Assembly: GCF_006345805.1 (NCBI RefSeq)
Contig: NC_043012.1
Coordinates: forward strand, 53,754,001-53,818,000
Direction of reading: 5' to 3'
DNA: 64,000 nt
Origin: Octopus sinensis
Taxonomy: Eukaryota
The notes under the pieces were generated by a model. That model searched no databases. It was not told the DNA's origin and saw only the letters and a program-made list of their open reading frames with translations. Numbering within the stretch: the first letter of the stretch is position 1; each line of letters starts with the position of its first letter. The translations under genes and the position numbers were made by a program. Positions 60,616 to 64,000 of this stretch are shown here, in pieces.

Positions 60616-63229
60616 ATAACAACGACAACTACACTTCCAATTATTATGATTCTTGTTCGAAGTATTTTTTTAAAGTATGTTGCTTTGGGTTTTGGGTTTA
60701 ATCTTTCCGGCGTCTATTAAAGTTGCAGTCACATACTGGGGCATATCTAATTAACAATACCCGTGTCCCCGAAATGTGAGGCTTTGTGCCAATGTAAGAC
60801 ATCAGTATTATATTTATAGTTATGTCTATTGACATGATAAATTTCTATCCATCACTCTGGAATCGATAAAATAAGTACCAGTCATGTACTGCGGGCGTTT
60901 AAGTCAAAAATACTCCTACATAAGATAGATATCATTTTGGTGGAATGAGAAAAACGATAGTGTGCTGGAAAGTATTTCTACGACATTAAACTACGTTTTT
61001 ACATTTTGAGTTCTAATTCCACAGGGTGTAGTTTGCTAATGTGGTCGATAAACAGAAAAAGTGATGTATGGGAGATTTGTTAAATTGACTACACCTGCCT
61101 CAAAAAACGTGTGACCGTGTGCTTCTATCGAAAATTGTAGCAAAAACAGCAGAACACTGGACAAAATGAGTTGCGGTGTACAGATACGTCCTATTAGATT
61201 CTAAGATGAGATCCTCAGACAAATTCTATTTTTTCATTCTTCTTACCAAATTATACCCCGATTGTACACCACCCTATAATAATATATGGCCCTGTACCTT
61301 TATCTAGGATCTTTATTGAGAATATTGTATGGTCGATGGCATGGTACAGTTACAAGGGTGCCAGACAACATCACTGCAAGTATTTAGCCATATTACTGTG
61401 TGTAATGAGTTCAAATCCGACCCGAGTTACTCACTGTTTCATGGTTTCTTGTCCGATAACATAAGTATCAGTCGAATACCGGAGTAGATATAATCCACCA
61501 TATCCGCTTTTAAATGTTCTGCACGTGGTTCAATGTTGGATATCTGCCAGAAATCCTCTTTGATCGACGGAATTTCTGTAACAAGGAGGAAGATAAAGAC
61601 AGCGAAACGTCTGTAGTAAGCTTGATCTTACTCAGGAAGTTGTGCGTTTTCATTAAATCATATCTCCTTAAATTGTATTTGTGTTTAAAGATATATATTT
61701 AATTATTTAGTATAATTTCAGAAAAAAATTTCAGTGGATTATAATATTCTCACACTTGCTTTTATTTATTTTTTTATAATTTCGCTTCGTTTATCCTTCC
61801 ATATCTTGTAACACCTGTACGTATTGTTATTTGTACGAAAGTATGGATCATGGTGCCAATAACATCGATATGATTTTATTTTCTCGGAGTAGTGAGTTGC
61901 TTGAATTGTTAAGTATCAGACAAAATAATTTAGAGTATTTAGTTACGGCCCTCTGTGTTCTAGGTTCAAATCTTGCCCATATTTGCCACATGCACATCCG
62001 ATAAAGAACAGGTCAAGCTCTAAGATCTGTATAATCGATTGTACACTTTACGACACCAACTCTCTGGCCTTTTAAGAAATATAAAGGGCGGTGGATCTGG
62101 AAAATTGTTGAAACTTTGATTTGGAGAGTAGGGTACTGGGTAAGATTTATTAGGGATGCGTTTTCCCTCAAATTTGAGTCCTTGTGTTTATATTTTTCAA
62201 AATATCATTTTCAAGCGGATGGCTATAAGCAAAGAAACCAAGAATGTCAGAGCAGATACCTATTCTGTGGTCTTTCTTTAAAACTTAGGGCAGTGAGAAT
62301 TCAACTTCTATAAATGTCGAACCTATTTTTATTTAGAAGTTCATAAAATATGTAGAAGTTGTGTTCTTCGAGGGTGAAAATGGTAAAGTATTCGAAAAAA
62401 TGAATATCTCACACAGTTATGTTGCATTACCTTCTAATTTTAAGTCTCAGTATTGCTTTTTCATTTGTCAGGGATCAATAATAGGTTTGCCGGAGTTGAA
62501 TTAGCTGGAGATGCTATTTTTCCTGCAAATGTCTGCTCTTATAATGAGGCGGTGAATTAGCAGAGTCGTTAGAATAGATGGCGGTATCTTTTCCACCTTT
62601 CTACTATCTGAGTTCAAATTCTACTAGGTTCAACGTTATCTTTCATCCTTCTGGAGTGAAGAAAAACGTACAAACGCAGGGAGAAAGTTTGACGAAACTT
62701 TCGGGTAAGATATCTAGCAGTACCTCTTTCGGTTTTTGTATTCCGATAGCAATGCCAGAGACACAGTACCCAAGTTGTATTGGCCAAAGTCGGCTGCTTT
62801 GCCTTTCCTTTCGATGACCATCGGTGTTGTAGAGAGGTGATACTCATTTGTATGGGCAGCAGCCAGTCTTCCCCCAAAAAATCTTGCCCGGGTTGCACAA
62901 ACATACACAGATGCATTAGGCCAAACTGAGGGACCACAATAAGCCACTTGTACAAACGGCAAAATGTAAGACACATGATTTGCAGTATTTATTTTTATGC
63001 AATTAGTTGTGTGCCTTTACGCTCTTAGTTTAAATCCCAACGAGATTAACTTCCAAGAGTGACGACAAAATGATTTTCTATTTCCCTCTAGGGAAAAACA
63101 CAATCTGATATGGGGTCAGATACAACGAATGATTAAACATAATTATGAGATTAAAAATTTTACAAATATATTAAAAAGTTCGAATGATGAGACATACAGG
63201 AGACATTACAAATGGAGTGGGGAGACGGG

Positions 63230-64000
63230 TTCAACTCGGACCCCACGCGCCCCGCCTCAACACTTATGCCTTGAGTTCGTTCTCCGTTGCATTCATGCGG
63301 TCCTATTGATACGCAACATTCGTGCGACATTCTTCCATCGATTATGAAACATTTTTGCAGACAGGCATTTTCTCTCTAGTCCTATTTTCCTTTTCAGGTG
63401 GAAGGTGAAGAAATTCACCAACCCAGGACCAGAGATGAAAATGCCTGTCATTATCCCTTTCACTCGTGTCTTCTAGATCCCCTCTCTTGCAATTGCTACG
63501 ACAATAAGAAAGAAAATGTTACCTTCTTTCCATAGGAAATCTGGTGGATCAGTTTTTACTATTGACTCAGTCGATAGCTGTACTCTTAATGACAACAGTT
63601 GTACGGCATAAACCCACACATCTGACACCTCCGAACTCTGAACAATAGCGCGCGGGACGGTTTCCCTATCTCGCCGCCCGCATCTCAGACAGGTCGATGG
63701 GTCACGGCCACCGTACCTTGCGAGCTTGTCCCGGACAGGTAAGGCTCCTCGGTAATATTGCCATACCAAGGACTTTTAAAAGCTGTCCAGTGTCTTCGGC
63801 TAGAATGTACATTGGAACAGACTGGCCAGCTGATTATTATCGAGATCCAGGGCTTCCCCCAAGGTATCGTCATATTTCGCCTCTACCAACCCTCTATAGA
63901 AGAATGCGGTAGAACCAATACCACAGGCATTGCCCGAGCGGCGGTAAAGCAGGAGAGCCTTGCGACACTCCGTGAACCATGTACCCAACTTCGATCTACG
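63230..64000 (-). mobile_element. Tx1/L1-clade LINE ORF2 3' fragment, second subfamily (runs off window)
   Basis: VWQYYRGALPVRDKLARYGGRDPSTCLRCGRRDRETV...; FFTFHLKRKIGLERKCLSAKMFHNRWKNVAR. Confidence 0.85.

Noticed and set aside
62614-62976. Overlapping 86 and 120 aa minus-strand ORFs
   Set aside because: No recognisable family, weak splice signals, adjacent to SINE and Tx1 debris; possibly a decayed LINE ORF1 but unsupported.
63370-63440. Strong-looking plus-strand acceptor TTTTCCTTTTCAG
   Set aside because: It is the antisense of the purine-rich Tx1 ORF2 coding strand.

Overview
Very AT-rich, repeat-dominated eukaryotic DNA. It is almost certainly an octopod cephalopod, inferred from the tRNA-derived SINE families and the (TA)n/(AAT)n microsatellite load. 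No complete host gene is recognisable, and nearly all ORFs in the supplied track are translations of microsatellites, SINEs or decayed transposons. Supported content: one tRNA-Asp(GTC) gene; dozens of copies of four to five SINE families; fragments of R4/Dong-type (REL endonuclease), Tx1/L1-type and RTE LINEs; decayed Tigger/pogo, maT (DD37D), Tc1 and mariner transposases; Merlin-like and Tigger-derived MITEs; non-autonomous Helitrons; and Penelope-like inverted-repeat remnants carrying hammerhead ribozyme motifs, two with a complete fold. A few isolated candidate exons could not be joined into a gene; the best are a signal-peptide exon at 59410-59460 (+) and an ATG exon at 29264-29423 (-). 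The most interesting inferences are: (i) SINE family B shares its 3' tail with a Tx1/L1-clade LINE, appears to have swapped tails, and may prefer an A-box-like target; (ii) a hammerhead carries a compensatory U3:A8 core pair; (iii) retroelements pile up along (AAT)n tracts at 47.4-51.1 kb. I found no evidence of a wholly new protein-coding system. Coordinates were counted by hand, and boundaries of decayed elements are approximate.
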